Positions 31,917 through 41,784 of a DNA stretch of 64,000 nucleotides are shown piece by piece. The notes beneath the pieces were generated by a model that made no database searches, was not told where the DNA came from, and saw nothing but the letters and a program-made list of their open reading frames with translations. Position 1 is the first letter of the stretch. Each line of letters opens with the position of its first letter. Source of the stretch: an uncultured delta proteobacterium (GTDB lineage Bacteria > Desulfobacterota > Binatia > UBA9968); the NCBI GenBank assembly GCA_963771465.1, contig CAVYTU010000013.1, forward strand, positions 256,001 through 320,000, given 5' to 3'. The translations under genes were made by a program, and so were the position numbers.

Positions 31917-34085
31917 TTACGGATTCGTCGCCGGCTCCAAATCTTTGCGACGGGTGCTTTCCGCCAGCGTCCACACCGCTTGTGTCATCGCACCGTTCGT
32001 CGCCGCGTCGTCATAGCAGACCTTGTAGGCGTCCGGGACTGGATCGTAAATTTTTAGCGCATCGTCGCGCATTGCCTTGATGGCTTTTTCTTTGGTCGCG
32101 GCATCATTGGCAGTGACTTGCTTGTTGTTGACGATGTAATAACGCTCGGGCGGCTGTTTCGGCGTTTCCCCTGCCGCTGCCGGCTCAGCCGGTGGAGCTT
32201 TCTTCAACAACGCCACCGCGTGGCCAACGCCTTTGGTGGGCATGATCGCCATGTAGCCGACGGGTGTGAAACCAGCGCTTCGCAGCAGGCGAGTGGCGTA
32301 GGTGGCGAGCACGTCGCAGTCGGATTTGAGACGCATCAGTGCGGGCTCGGCAGCAGGCAAGTGGCCGAGTTTGCCGGCCAAATCGGGCGTGACGTCGCCA
32401 CGGTCGACGTGAAAGAAATAAATGTCGGCGATGTTCTCGTAGGCATCGGTGATTTTCTCGGGAGAATTTGGGAATTCGGCGGCGAGCGCTGCGCCGATAT
32501 CTTCGGTCTCGGCGTCGAGCCATTTTTTTAGATCATTAAATTTCAGGCTGGAGGGCGCGGCGATTTCGATTTTGTGTTTTTTGCCGAGGTTGACGAGGAA
32601 GTCGGTGTAATATTTCTGTTTGTAGCTGTAGACCCACGGCATATCCGCGGCCATGGTTAACGCGCGCGCTTGGCCGGCCGCATCTGCGAACTGTTTGCCG
32701 CCGTAGCCAGGCTCGACGAAGTAGTCGCTGCTGAGAATTTCGAATAGGTAAGCCTTGTCGGTAGTCCACAGCCAGTCGGAGATTGCGACCCGTGAGCCCG
32801 GCTCGAACACCAGGATTTCCGCCAACCCCTCGAGGTAATCGGCATCTTTTTTGTATTTGGCTAGCGTCGGCTCCAGCGCGGCGATCAGCTTGCTCTTGCC
32901 CAGTAACCGCGCGTAATCGCCGGAACGATCCGTCAGCTTGTCCAGAAGCGGATGATCACCTGGAGTCGCTTCGCGTCCAGCGAAGAAGGTTGACACGAGT
33001 TTGATCTGCTCGGCGCTGGCGTTTTTCGGTGTCTGAGTGACGGTGTCGTAGATGAACTTCTTGTTCTCGTCGGGGAGCTTACCGGCTAGGTCGAGCGCTT
33101 CCGTGATGAAACCGGCCGCGGCAAGATCAGACGCGATCAGCCCGGCGCGAGCTTCGCGCTGGTCCGCCTTGGTCGATTCGAGAATCATCAGTGCCAGGTG
33201 ATAGGCGTCTCGGAATGCGATCTCCCACGCCTTTTGCTTGGTTTTGTCCGCCGGCTTGTCGATCAGCTCGGTCGTGTCTGGAGCTGGTTTGTGGGTGATC
33301 TCGTAGGCCAGTTCTTGCGCCGTAAAGGCGAAATCCTTGTTCCCTGGATCGGTCGAAGGGGCGGGCTTTTTTCCTTGCGCCCAAGTTTCGAGGCGCTGGC
33401 GTGCCCGCACTCGCTCGGCGGCAAGTTTTTTCTTCGCGGCTTCGTCATCATCTTTTTGCAACAGCGGACCGCTGTCGTTTTGCTGCACCGTATGAACCAG
33501 CTCATGGGCAAGCAATCGCTGACCTGAGCTCGTGTGCGGGGCGTACCGTCCCTGGCGCAAAAAAATATTCGAAGAAACGGTGAACGCGTGAGCTTGAATC
33601 GCAGCCGCGGCCGAATCAGCGGCATCATCGACATGCACGCGCACGTGGCCGAAGTCATGGCCAAAGCGTGGCTCGAAAAAACTTCGAGTCGTGGCATCCA
33701 ACGGCTGGCCGGGCGAAGACAGCGCGTCGCGCACAGTGGAAGGCGCCTGTTCTAACGTAGCGCTAGCTCCAACCGAGCGGCCTTGAACACTCGGCGTTTC
33801 CGCTAAAATTTGCGATTCCTTGCTGACCTGAGAATCCGACATTCCAATGACTTGGTTTGCCACGCGATCCGCATTCTGTTCGGACTCGTCACCTGATTTA
33901 TTGATACGCAACGTGGTTGGTAATGGCTTACCGAGTATTTTTTTGCTTTCGCATTGAGCGCATGCGCCGGTTAATCCCGCCGCGCCGCCGCAGGCGCATT
34001 TGCGTTGAAGCAGGGATCCGCGAGAGTCGCTCTCGCTCTGGGCCGGCTTGGTCATTGCGGTCTGTTCGGCGTGAGTACCACTCAT
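31917..34085 (-). CDS. DUF4157 protein with a C-terminal transglutaminase-like cysteine domain
   Basis: LQRKCACGG, FFEPRFGHDFGHVRVH, LLAHELVHTVQQ; SDCDVLA...GHAVALL...YYIVNN. Confidence 0.78.
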   Translation of the reverse strand: MSGTHAEQTAMTKPAQSESDSRGSLLQRKCACGGAAGLTGACAQCESKKILGKPLPTTLRINKSGDESEQNADRVANQVIGMSDSQVSKESQILAETPSVQGRSVGASATLEQAPSTVRDALSSPGQPLDATTRSFFEPRFGHDFGHVRVHVDDAADSAAAAIQAHAFTVSSNIFLRQGRYAPHTSSGQRLLAHELVHTVQQNDSGPLLQKDDDEAAKKKLAAERVRARQRLETWAQGKKPAPSTDPGNKDFAFTAQELAYEITHKPAPDTTELIDKPADKTKQKAWEIAFRDAYHLALMILESTKADQREARAGLIASDLAAAGFITEALDLAGKLPDENKKFIYDTVTQTPKNASAEQIKLVSTFFAGREATPGDHPLLDKLTDRSGDYARLLGKSKLIAALEPTLAKYKKDADYLEGLAEILVFEPGSRVAISDWLWTTDKAYLFEILSSDYFVEPGYGGKQFADAAGQARALTMAADMPWVYSYKQKYYTDFLVNLGKKHKIEIAAPSSLKFNDLKKWLDAETEDIGAALAAEFPNSPEKITDAYENIADIYFFHVDRGDVTPDLAGKLGHLPAAEPALMRLKSDCDVLATYATRLLRSAGFTPVGYMAIMPTKGVGHAVALLKKAPPAEPAAAGETPKQPPERYYIVNNKQVTANDAATKEKAIKAMRDDALKIYDPVPDAYKVCYDDAATNGAMTQAVWTLAESTRRKDLEPATNP

Positions 34086-34342
34086 TTGAGCAATCCTTTA
34101 CCGATGGCGCGGCCCGTCTCGGCGCCGATATGGCGCGGTTTCGGATTCGCTTCGACGCTAAACGCATCGACGCTCAAGTGCGGCACGTGTCCGAGGTTGG
34201 TTAATCGTGCCGCCGTCTCCGGTGTGGCCAACAGCCGCGCCAATTCATCTTGCAGCGCGGCGGCGATGGCATGGCGGTCTTCGTAGCGGAATCCCTTGAG
34301 CACCAACCGTTCGATGTCGACGCGCACTTGTTTCATACCCAT
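34082..34342 (-). CDS. Small conserved eCIS hypothetical protein
   Basis: VRVDIERLVLKGF...IGAETGRAI; coupled between the ATPase and DUF4157 genes. Confidence 0.7.
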   Translation of the reverse strand: MGMKQVRVDIERLVLKGFRYEDRHAIAAALQDELARLLATPETAARLTNLGHVPHLSVDAFSVEANPKPRHIGAETGRAIGKGLLK

Positions 34343-36261
34343 CCCCGTGTTTCCGCTTCCGAAATCGCTCGGTCGCGTTTGGCGGCTTCGCCATGCGCCG
34401 CTTGCAACAGATGGCTCATGGCGATCGCCGCGCCGTCGTCGGCCGCAAGAAATGCGGCGTGGAGCGCGATGTTGCGGATGTTGCCGCCTGCCACGCTCAA
34501 CTTGGCGAGCTTCGCATAATCGATGTCATCGATCGGCATGGCCGGTGGAAAAATGGCTCGCCAGATCGCTTCGCGCCCTTGCTGATCGGGAAAGGGAAAC
34601 TGCACGACGAAACGCAAGCGCCGTTGAAATGCGCTGTCGAGGGCAGACTTCATATTGGTGGTTAGGATCGCCAGGCCGCGATAGGCTTCCATGCGCTGGA
34701 GCAGATAGCTCACTTCGATATTGGCGTAACGGTCGTGGCTATCGCGCACTTCGCTGCGTTTGCCGAATAACGCATCGGCCTCATCGAAAAGCAGCATCGC
34801 GCCGCTGTCCTCGGCCGCGTCGAACACTTTGCCGAGATTTTTCTCCGTTTCACCGATGTATTTGCTCACTACCGCCGACAGATCGATGCGGTAAAGATCG
34901 AGATGAAGGTCGTTGGCCAAAACTTCGGCTGCCATGGTCTTGCCGGTGCCGCTCTCGCCGGCAAAGAGTGCGCTGATGCCAAGGCCGCGCGCGCCTTTAT
35001 CGGCAAAGCCCCATTTTTGATAAACCGTCAGCCGGTGTTTCACCTGGGCGCCGATTTGGCGCAAAATTATTTTTTGCGCTTCGGGTAAGATTAGATCGTC
35101 CCACACCGCAGCCGGTTCGAGACGTTGCGCGAGATCATCTAATGTCGTCCGGCTAGCGCTTCGACAAGCGCGCCACAGCAGTGCATCGGGACGTTCGCTG
35201 GGGGCAACTGCAGCGCGAAACTCTTTCCCGGTGGCAAAAATCGTCTGCGCACTCAAGCGAAACTGCGTCGCAACTCCGTCCAACGAGCCGTTCAAACCAA
35301 CCGCGGCGGCGCCGAGAGCTTGTTCCCACAGTTGTTTTTGTTCACCCGCATCCGGCTTATTGACGCGAAAGCGCAGATTCTCGCGACTAAGCGGCACCGG
35401 CTCCCGGCTGGCGATGAAAATCATCGTGCCGACACGATCAGCGAGTTCGCTGACCGATTTCGGAACTTCGGGATTTTTACATTCGACCAGCAAAACGGCG
35501 CCGAGCAGCGCCGCCTCACGTTGCCACAACACGGCGAAGGCGTCGATTTCGGCGCTAGTCGACGGCAAGTCTTCGGCGCGCACACGCAGCAGCCGCACTC
35601 CTAACTGAGCGGCGACCGCCGCCGCGACATCGCCTTGGCCATCGAGATCATCGCCATGCAAAAGCATGATTGCCGCTCGCTCTGACCTGACGTTCAACGC
35701 TGCGAGCAGCGCTTGGGAAACTTTGCGATGGCCATCGGCCATCGTTGCCGGTGTGGCGGCGGGCCGCAGCAGCGGCTGCAAACGGCGATCGAGATAATTG
35801 ATTCCGGCGAGGTAGTGAAGCACGCGCTCATCGATGCGCAGGCGCGCGGTGCTAAGACCACTGCCGTCGTCCAATTCGATGATCCGCCACCGGCGCAGCG
35901 CTGCCACCGGTGTAAGCGCACTCCAGTGCGGCTCGTCGAGTACGGCGAGTGCCAAGCCAAATGACGCGAATGGACGATGGGGAACACCTTGAACGTCGGC
36001 ACAACGGCGCGCCAGCTCAGCGTCCATTTCCACACCGGCGCACAGCAGCAGCACTTCGCGCTCGAACACGCTCAGGCCAAATAGATTTGTTAAAACATCG
36101 ATGGGCGCCGGTTCGGTCAATGCGGCGCGGCTTGCTGCGACGGCGGCCGCGAGAATGTCATCGACTTCTCCTCTCAGCCGCTGCTTGAGCCGGCCAAACT
36201 CCGCGACCAAGTAGCGCTGGTTGGTTTCCAGCGCCGAACTCTGAGAGATATTTTGCTTCAT
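34333..36261 (-). CDS. eCIS AAA+ ATPase (Afp15-like)
   Basis: Walker A GESGTGKT, SKYIGETEKNL, LLFDEADALFGKRSEVRDSHDRYAN; ATG 36261 overlaps the upstream stop (ATGA). Confidence 0.93.
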   Translation of the reverse strand: MKQNISQSSALETNQRYLVAEFGRLKQRLRGEVDDILAAAVAASRAALTEPAPIDVLTNLFGLSVFEREVLLLCAGVEMDAELARRCADVQGVPHRPFASFGLALAVLDEPHWSALTPVAALRRWRIIELDDGSGLSTARLRIDERVLHYLAGINYLDRRLQPLLRPAATPATMADGHRKVSQALLAALNVRSERAAIMLLHGDDLDGQGDVAAAVAAQLGVRLLRVRAEDLPSTSAEIDAFAVLWQREAALLGAVLLVECKNPEVPKSVSELADRVGTMIFIASREPVPLSRENLRFRVNKPDAGEQKQLWEQALGAAAVGLNGSLDGVATQFRLSAQTIFATGKEFRAAVAPSERPDALLWRACRSASRTTLDDLAQRLEPAAVWDDLILPEAQKIILRQIGAQVKHRLTVYQKWGFADKGARGLGISALFAGESGTGKTMAAEVLANDLHLDLYRIDLSAVVSKYIGETEKNLGKVFDAAEDSGAMLLFDEADALFGKRSEVRDSHDRYANIEVSYLLQRMEAYRGLAILTTNMKSALDSAFQRRLRFVVQFPFPDQQGREAIWRAIFPPAMPIDDIDYAKLAKLSVAGGNIRNIALHAAFLAADDGAAIAMSHLLQAAHGEAAKRDRAISEAETRGWV

Positions 36262-37556
36262 GTGATGGTAATCCGCTGATCGAAAAAAACCGGCGGCGTC
36301 GCCGCGTGATCGACCAGCGCGCTTTCGATACCGTCCACCCGCAAACGCACCAGATGATCGCCCACAGGCGCCAAGGCAACGACGAAGGTGAGCGTGCCGG
36401 TTGCTACGGTGAACGGTTGGGCGACGACTTCGCGGGCGCCGAGAATTAGCGATACCCGTTGTCCCGGTCTCACTTGCGGCTGACAATCGAGTATGATTGT
36501 CGCAGCGCCGCCGACGTCGCGCGCGACGCTGATCGGCAGCGCCGTGGTGATTTGCGGACCGATAACCAAAGCCAACTGATTGCTCGTGCGCGGGTCGGTT
36601 TCACCGGGACGGACCAGCGATACCGCCAATTGATAGATTCCCGCCGGTACATCGGGCACCGCGGCTTGCATGCTCGTACTGGAGCCGCCGGCGGCGGCAG
36701 CCACGGGCTGCTCGATTTGAAATCGCGAATTGGCGAAGGTGACGGTACGATTGCCACCGTCGAGATGATGCCCCGTGATTTCGATGGTTCCGCCCACTGC
36801 TGCGGCGGGCTGCAAATTGGTCGGCACGACACTCTGGATTGTCGGAAATGGCGACAATAAGTTTGCTGCGCTGATGATGCCGCGATCGCGCCCCGTGACT
36901 GGATCCACCGGCCCGCGGCTCAGCACCGGCAGCGGCGCGCGCGTCGGCCGGATCGCTTCGATCAAGACCACGGTAGCCATATAGGCCGCGGTGGGCCGGT
37001 AGTGCGATTGCACCGCGGTCCAAAGTTTCGACATCTCTTCGGTGCTCAGATACTCCGGCGTGATCTTGATCTGCTCCAACTGATCGGCGAGACCGCACTC
37101 GGCCAGAGCGCGCAGCGCCGGCGGCAAAGTCGTGCCGACAGGCGGGGAGGGGTTGAGCGCATTGCTGATCGCGGCGCGGCTGAGCACCGGCATCTCGTGG
37201 AGTAACTGCATGGCGTAGCCCAAAAGAATTTCCGTGTGCAGGCTCTCGGCGCCGTAGGCGCTCAACAGATAATGTAGATCGAGCGCCAGCGGCGGATTGC
37301 TGAGCCGGCTGCGGCCGGAACTATCGCGCGACGGCAAGCGCTCGTTGCGCCAGCCGGCATTGGGAGTCACTTGATGCAGGAATAGATTCAACTGGGAATT
37401 TTCAGTGCCATTGCTCGGTGCCAGCCGATCGGGCGGTAGCGCGCTCACGGTCACTGTGCTGCCGAGCACGCCGCTGACGTTGTGGTTGATCAACCCATCG
37501 TTGAGCAGATCGCGCAGCACGGCTGTGACTCCGGCAATGGCAAGGGCGCTGCTCAC
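36258..37556 (-). CDS. DUF4255 (Afp16/Pvc16-like cap) with C-terminal Ig-like/IPT domains
   Basis: MSSALAIAGVT, QLNLFLHQV, PLALDLHYLLSAY, EEMSKLW, YMATVVLI. Confidence 0.88.
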   Translation of the reverse strand: MSSALAIAGVTAVLRDLLNDGLINHNVSGVLGSTVTVSALPPDRLAPSNGTENSQLNLFLHQVTPNAGWRNERLPSRDSSGRSRLSNPPLALDLHYLLSAYGAESLHTEILLGYAMQLLHEMPVLSRAAISNALNPSPPVGTTLPPALRALAECGLADQLEQIKITPEYLSTEEMSKLWTAVQSHYRPTAAYMATVVLIEAIRPTRAPLPVLSRGPVDPVTGRDRGIISAANLLSPFPTIQSVVPTNLQPAAAVGGTIEITGHHLDGGNRTVTFANSRFQIEQPVAAAAGGSSTSMQAAVPDVPAGIYQLAVSLVRPGETDPRTSNQLALVIGPQITTALPISVARDVGGAATIILDCQPQVRPGQRVSLILGAREVVAQPFTVATGTLTFVVALAPVGDHLVRLRVDGIESALVDHAATPPVFFDQRITIT

Positions 37557-38299
37557 CGCTCCCTCCCATGGCGCCGCGCCAGATAATCGTCGAGCGACAA
37601 GTTTGGTTGGCGCGCCGGCGCCGCGCGTTTTGGCGGCGCCGCCTGTACCAGCGCGGTCACTTCGATCCGGCCGATGGTTACTTGCACCGGCGCATCGGCG
37701 ACGGGCCGCGCTCGTTCGTCAATGCGGTCGTTACGGGTTGACAGCGACAGAGGCGCCGTCAGTTTGATCTGACGTTCAGCCGGCACATCCATGGTTAAAT
37801 TTTTCCGGGGCGGCGCCGGCTCACTGTTCGCCCTCGTCGGCCAGAGTGGCGCTGCATTGCGCAACGGAGCGCTACTTTCGAGCTTGGGCGCATCGAAGGA
37901 TTGAATTTTCCCAGGCTCGTGGATCGGTGAAATTGCCGCGGCCATCGACGGTGAAGCCGCCACATTTCTAGGCGCGGGTTGAGTTCGCTCGGAGTCTATC
38001 TTCACCGGCTCTACGCCGAATCGCGTGCCGTCCTCAAGCGCTGGCGTTTGAGTTTCCACGCGGCGCGGCTCTGCCATGCGCGGGTGCTCTAGACGCGGCG
38101 CATCGGCGATCGATGGACGCACCGGCGAGGTTGCGACTTTTTCATCAAGACGGGGCAACGGTTGGGGCACAAAGTCATCGACCAGCGCCGGCGCTTGCGA
38201 CTCATGCGCCATCGGTGCGAAGAGCGGCTTGATGCGCGGCTCGATGGTTTCAATCCGGCTGAGCTGACGCTCTGCAAGTCTGGTCAGAAAATCGCTCAT
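37553..38299 (-). CDS. Pro-rich eCIS hypothetical protein
   Basis: Ordered termini MSDFLTRLAER and PVQVTIGRIEV...SLDDYL around a low-complexity middle. Confidence 0.7.
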   Translation of the reverse strand: MSDFLTRLAERQLSRIETIEPRIKPLFAPMAHESQAPALVDDFVPQPLPRLDEKVATSPVRPSIADAPRLEHPRMAEPRRVETQTPALEDGTRFGVEPVKIDSERTQPAPRNVAASPSMAAAISPIHEPGKIQSFDAPKLESSAPLRNAAPLWPTRANSEPAPPRKNLTMDVPAERQIKLTAPLSLSTRNDRIDERARPVADAPVQVTIGRIEVTALVQAAPPKRAAPARQPNLSLDDYLARRHGRER

Positions 38300-39027
38300 G
38301 CCATTGCCATCTGCACGTAGAGTCCTCGGCGCGCGTCGCTCATGGCGAGGATCTCGGCTTCACGCCAACCGTAAGCGCGCGCCAGCGCGTCGATCTCCTG
38401 CAATAAGCGGCGCGCCCGCGTGCGAATCTCGGCCCAGAGAAAATCAATTACTTCCAAGACGCCTTGCCACGCGCCGCCGCAGGCGGGACAAGTGAGTTCT
38501 ACGAGCACCTCAGCCTGGGGATCGAGGAGCGCTATTTCGGCGGCGATTGCCGCTTGTGTCCGCTCCGGTAGGGTGGCGACAGGCCCATCGACTACAGCTG
38601 CCGGCACCGCGCAACGGCTTAACAGTGTATTTTTTGCCGCCTCGACGGTTGCGCCGGCCGTTGCCGCCGCCGCATCGCGGCTAGTTGGCGCTCGGAGAGA
38701 AAATAAAATGCCGTCGATCTCGACGGTCTTGGTCGGCAGTTGCCGCACTGGACCGTCATGGAGGAACGCGCCGCAGGAAAGCGAAAACTCCAATCGTTCG
38801 TGACACGCGGGACACTGTGTGAACGCTTCCAGCGCATCGCCGAAACTGCCGCGGTAGAGTTCGAACAAGCGCCGATCGCGCTGGCCAAGGCTCAAGTCCA
38901 GCAGCGTCTCATGATTGTGCTCGGGGCAGCAGTGACCCAGCACGAGCAGCGCCCGGTCGAGCGCAGACAAGTGGCATCCTTGCTCCCAAACGTCGAGTGT
39001 CATGGCGGGCGACAGGGTGTGCATCAT
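38296..39027 (-). CDS. eCIS tail-assembly-chaperone-like protein
   Basis: GQRDRRL, two CPAC motifs, EIDALARAYGWREAEILAM; follows the tube gene. Confidence 0.75.
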   Translation of the reverse strand: MMHTLSPAMTLDVWEQGCHLSALDRALLVLGHCCPEHNHETLLDLSLGQRDRRLFELYRGSFGDALEAFTQCPACHERLEFSLSCGAFLHDGPVRQLPTKTVEIDGILFSLRAPTSRDAAAATAGATVEAAKNTLLSRCAVPAAVVDGPVATLPERTQAAIAAEIALLDPQAEVLVELTCPACGGAWQGVLEVIDFLWAEIRTRARRLLQEIDALARAYGWREAEILAMSDARRGLYVQMAMA

Positions 39028-39042
39028 CGCGGCTCACGGCGC

Positions 39043-39564
39043 TCACGGTTCGACGAAACTCGGCTCCGTCGGCTCGGCCACGGCGTAGTCTCGCTCCCAA
39101 CCTTCGTTCTCAAGCTTGATGGTTTGAATCGCGACCGCGTTGGCGTTGGCATCAAGATCGGGTTGCGCCTGGAACTCGGAAACCCAACAGCGGTAGATCT
39201 TGTAGGCGATCGCCAGCTGTCCGGCCTCGTTGTACATCTCGATGATGATGTCCTTGCGAAAATCTTTGAGCGAAACTTCCGCGCCCAGACCGGACCCGAA
39301 GTTCCACACTTTATTCGCCCAGCCTTCAAACTCCTTGTCATGGGTGACGCCGCGCTCCAACGTGATCGCCTCGTACTTGGTCCGGCCCGGAGACTTTCGC
39401 CCGCTGCTGGGATCGCCGCCTTCGCGGTGCTCGACGACTTCCGTTGTACGCTTCAAGGCGCCGACCTTGCTGATCCCGGCAACGTACCGGCCATCCCACT
39501 TGACGCGAAATTTGAAATTCTTATAAGGATCGAATCGCTGCGCATTGACGCTGAATTGAGCCAT
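39043..39564 (-). CDS. T4 gp19-like tail tube protein
   Basis: RFDPYKNFKFRV, HREGGD, KSPGRTKYEAITLERGVT, RKDIIIEMYNEAGQ. Confidence 0.95.
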   Translation of the reverse strand: MAQFSVNAQRFDPYKNFKFRVKWDGRYVAGISKVGALKRTTEVVEHREGGDPSSGRKSPGRTKYEAITLERGVTHDKEFEGWANKVWNFGSGLGAEVSLKDFRKDIIIEMYNEAGQLAIAYKIYRCWVSEFQAQPDLDANANAVAIQTIKLENEGWERDYAVAEPTEPSFVEP

Positions 39565-39576
39565 TTGCCTGCCTCC

Positions 39577-41187
39577 TTATGTCGCAATCTGCCCGGCCAT
39601 TTGCTGGAGTTTGATGATGACGAACTCGGCCGGCTTGAGCGGGGCAAAGCCGACAACGATGTTGACGATGCCTAGGTTGATATCGTTCTGGGTCGTGGTT
39701 TCCTTGTCGCACTTGACGAAGTAGGCTTCCGCGGGAGTTTTTCCCTGAAAGGCGCCTTGGCGGAAAAGGTTTTGCATGAAGGCGCCGATGTTGAGACGAA
39801 TCTGCGCCCACAGCGGCTCGTCGTTGGGCTCGAAAACGACCCACTGGGTGCCGCGGTAAAGACTTTCCTCGATGAACAGCGCCACTCGCCGCACCGGCAG
39901 ATATTTGTATTCGTCCGCCGCGACATCCGCGCCTCTCAGCGTGCGCGATCCCCACACGACGCGGCCGTAAACCGGAAACGCGCGCAAGCAGTTGATGCCG
40001 AGCGGATTGAGTAAGCCGTTTTCCGCATCAGTCATTTCTACTTGCAAGCCGGCCACGCCGGTGAGTGCCGCATCGATGCCGGCCGGTGCTTTCCACACGC
40101 CTCTTTGCGAGTCGGTGCGCGCCATCACGCCGGCGATCATGCCGCAAGGTACGAAGGTGTCGATCTGACCGCCGAGCTGCGGGTCGGCTTGCTTGATGCG
40201 GGGAAAATAGATCGCGGCGTTGCGCGCTGTGTCCCCGGTAAGATTCATTGTGCCCACGCCGGACTGCGCCGCGCTGACAGACGCCCAACCATTTTTCGAA
40301 TCGACAATCAGTATCGCCCGCCGTTTGGCGCAGTAACTCATCGCCTCCTGATACACGTCGTCCGGCACGTCGCCGTCACGCGCGCTCGGTAGAATGCAAA
40401 GGAGATTGAAAAGATCGCTCTTTTCCAGCTGATACAAACCAGTCTTCGCCGACGGACTACCTTTGTATGCGGCCGAATCGAGCGCGGCGCTATCGACTGC
40501 TTCATCGGCGGGAGCGGCATTTTTTGCCGCCGTCGATTTGGTAGCATTGGTCCAGACATCGGCGTCGGTGAGCGCGCCGCCATGGGCCGTCGGCGATGTA
40601 TTGGACGGCAGCATTACGCTGGCGGCGACTCGCGCCAGACTCGATTCGGCTTTGAGCAACCGGTCGGCGCGTCGCGCGCTCTCTTTGGTGGTCAGATTGA
40701 GAAAGGTTTCGACCGCGCCGCTGCCGCCGTCGCGAAGCGTCAGATCGAAAAGGTCGGCGGGCTGAACTCCCAGCCGCGCCGCGACCGCAATCAAGTTGGG
40801 ATCGGTGCCGGCTTTCTTGTCAACCCGGGCGCGGACTTGCATGCCCCAGGCGCCTTCCGAGGCCGCTTCCAAGGCCAGATTGGTCACCTCATAGACCGCT
40901 CTGGCGGCTTTACCCGCCACCGATTTGTAAAGGCGGACGATTACCGCCTGGGCGCCGCCGTTGATAAAGAAGTCGCGCACCGCATAGCTCAGCGGGAAGT
41001 CGCGATGTAGCCCGCCGAAGATTCGTTCAAAGTCGCCGAAGCTGGTGATCGTGGTCGGCTGATCCGTTGGTCCGCGTAGCGCCGAACCGAGGAGAGCGGT
41101 GATCGATGTGGCCACGCCCGTGATCGTGCGCACGCCGCTGGGAATCTCTTCGATGTAAACGCCCGGGTAAGTTGCTGCGACTGGCAT
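39577..41187 (-). CDS. Contractile tail sheath protein
   Basis: YPGVYIEE, RGVWKAPAG, WGSRTL, KYLPVRR, VVFEPND, GFAPLKPAEFV; GAAGGAGG RBS before ATG 41187. Confidence 0.96.
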   Translation of the reverse strand: MPVAATYPGVYIEEIPSGVRTITGVATSITALLGSALRGPTDQPTTITSFGDFERIFGGLHRDFPLSYAVRDFFINGGAQAVIVRLYKSVAGKAARAVYEVTNLALEAASEGAWGMQVRARVDKKAGTDPNLIAVAARLGVQPADLFDLTLRDGGSGAVETFLNLTTKESARRADRLLKAESSLARVAASVMLPSNTSPTAHGGALTDADVWTNATKSTAAKNAAPADEAVDSAALDSAAYKGSPSAKTGLYQLEKSDLFNLLCILPSARDGDVPDDVYQEAMSYCAKRRAILIVDSKNGWASVSAAQSGVGTMNLTGDTARNAAIYFPRIKQADPQLGGQIDTFVPCGMIAGVMARTDSQRGVWKAPAGIDAALTGVAGLQVEMTDAENGLLNPLGINCLRAFPVYGRVVWGSRTLRGADVAADEYKYLPVRRVALFIEESLYRGTQWVVFEPNDEPLWAQIRLNIGAFMQNLFRQGAFQGKTPAEAYFVKCDKETTTQNDINLGIVNIVVGFAPLKPAEFVIIKLQQMAGQIAT

Positions 41188-41217
41188 GATACCTCCTTCA
41201 GTCAATCGAGGTAAATT

Positions 41218-41502
41218 TTATGAAGCGCTGAGAAATTCTCGAATTTCATCGGCACGATCTTTATTGACGCCGAATAAGGTCACCGCGGCGCCGGCAGATT
41301 TTTTCGTGAGCCAATGCTTTTGCTCGGACAAATATTCCAGAGCGTCGTGAACCTTATTGCGACTTTGCTGCGCGGTTTGTGCCGACAGCCAAAATTTATG
41401 GATGCCGTCCAACGTGTCTTTCGCGTCGGGATGTCTAACCACATGGATGAGTATTTCGCGGATCAGCAATGAAGACTCATCGCGTGATGCGTCGCTATTC
41501 AA
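41218..41502 (-). CDS. Small winged-helix-like protein preceding the sheath gene
   Basis: ILIHVVRHPDAKDTLDGIHKFWL motif, a type I recall at the head of such eCIS operons; TTG start with GAGG RBS. Confidence 0.65.
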   Translation of the reverse strand: MNSDASRDESSLLIREILIHVVRHPDAKDTLDGIHKFWLSAQTAQQSRNKVHDALEYLSEQKHWLTKKSAGAAVTLFGVNKDRADEIREFLSAS

Positions 41503-41613
41503 AGCCTCAACCTGCTTTCTTTACTGTCGGTACGCTTCGCAAAATCGACACCAAACGGACTTGTCCGCCAACTACTCATTTCAGTGCGCAATTTTTTTTC
41601 GCCACCCTCGCGC

Positions 41614-41725
41614 TGCGGCATTAGGGACGCAGGACGACACACGGCGCAAACCAATATCTCGCAACAAATTTCTATGCTTATTGCATGGGGCGAATGTGAC
41701 GCGCCGGTGCGGCGTCTTTCCCGCA
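41614..41725. promoter_or_regulatory. Two 18-bp imperfect palindromes TGCGGC-N8-CGCA, candidate activator sites
   Basis: 41614-41631 and 41708-41725, 94 bp apart, upstream of the structural operon. Confidence 0.4.
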
Positions 41726-41784
41726 CGCAAGATGAGCAAGATGAGCAATTAAAAAAGGATAGGATGTGACAACTGCGCAATAAG

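Noticed and set aside
14753-41187. Prophage or T6SS
   Set aside because: No head, packaging, replication or lysis genes and no TssJLM/ClpV; DUF4255, DUF4157 and the Afp15-like ATPase indicate eCIS.
41588-41604. Sigma-54 promoter in front of the sheath operon (TGGCG-A8-TTGC)
   Set aside because: Spacing is 2 nt too long for the strict -24/-12 geometry.
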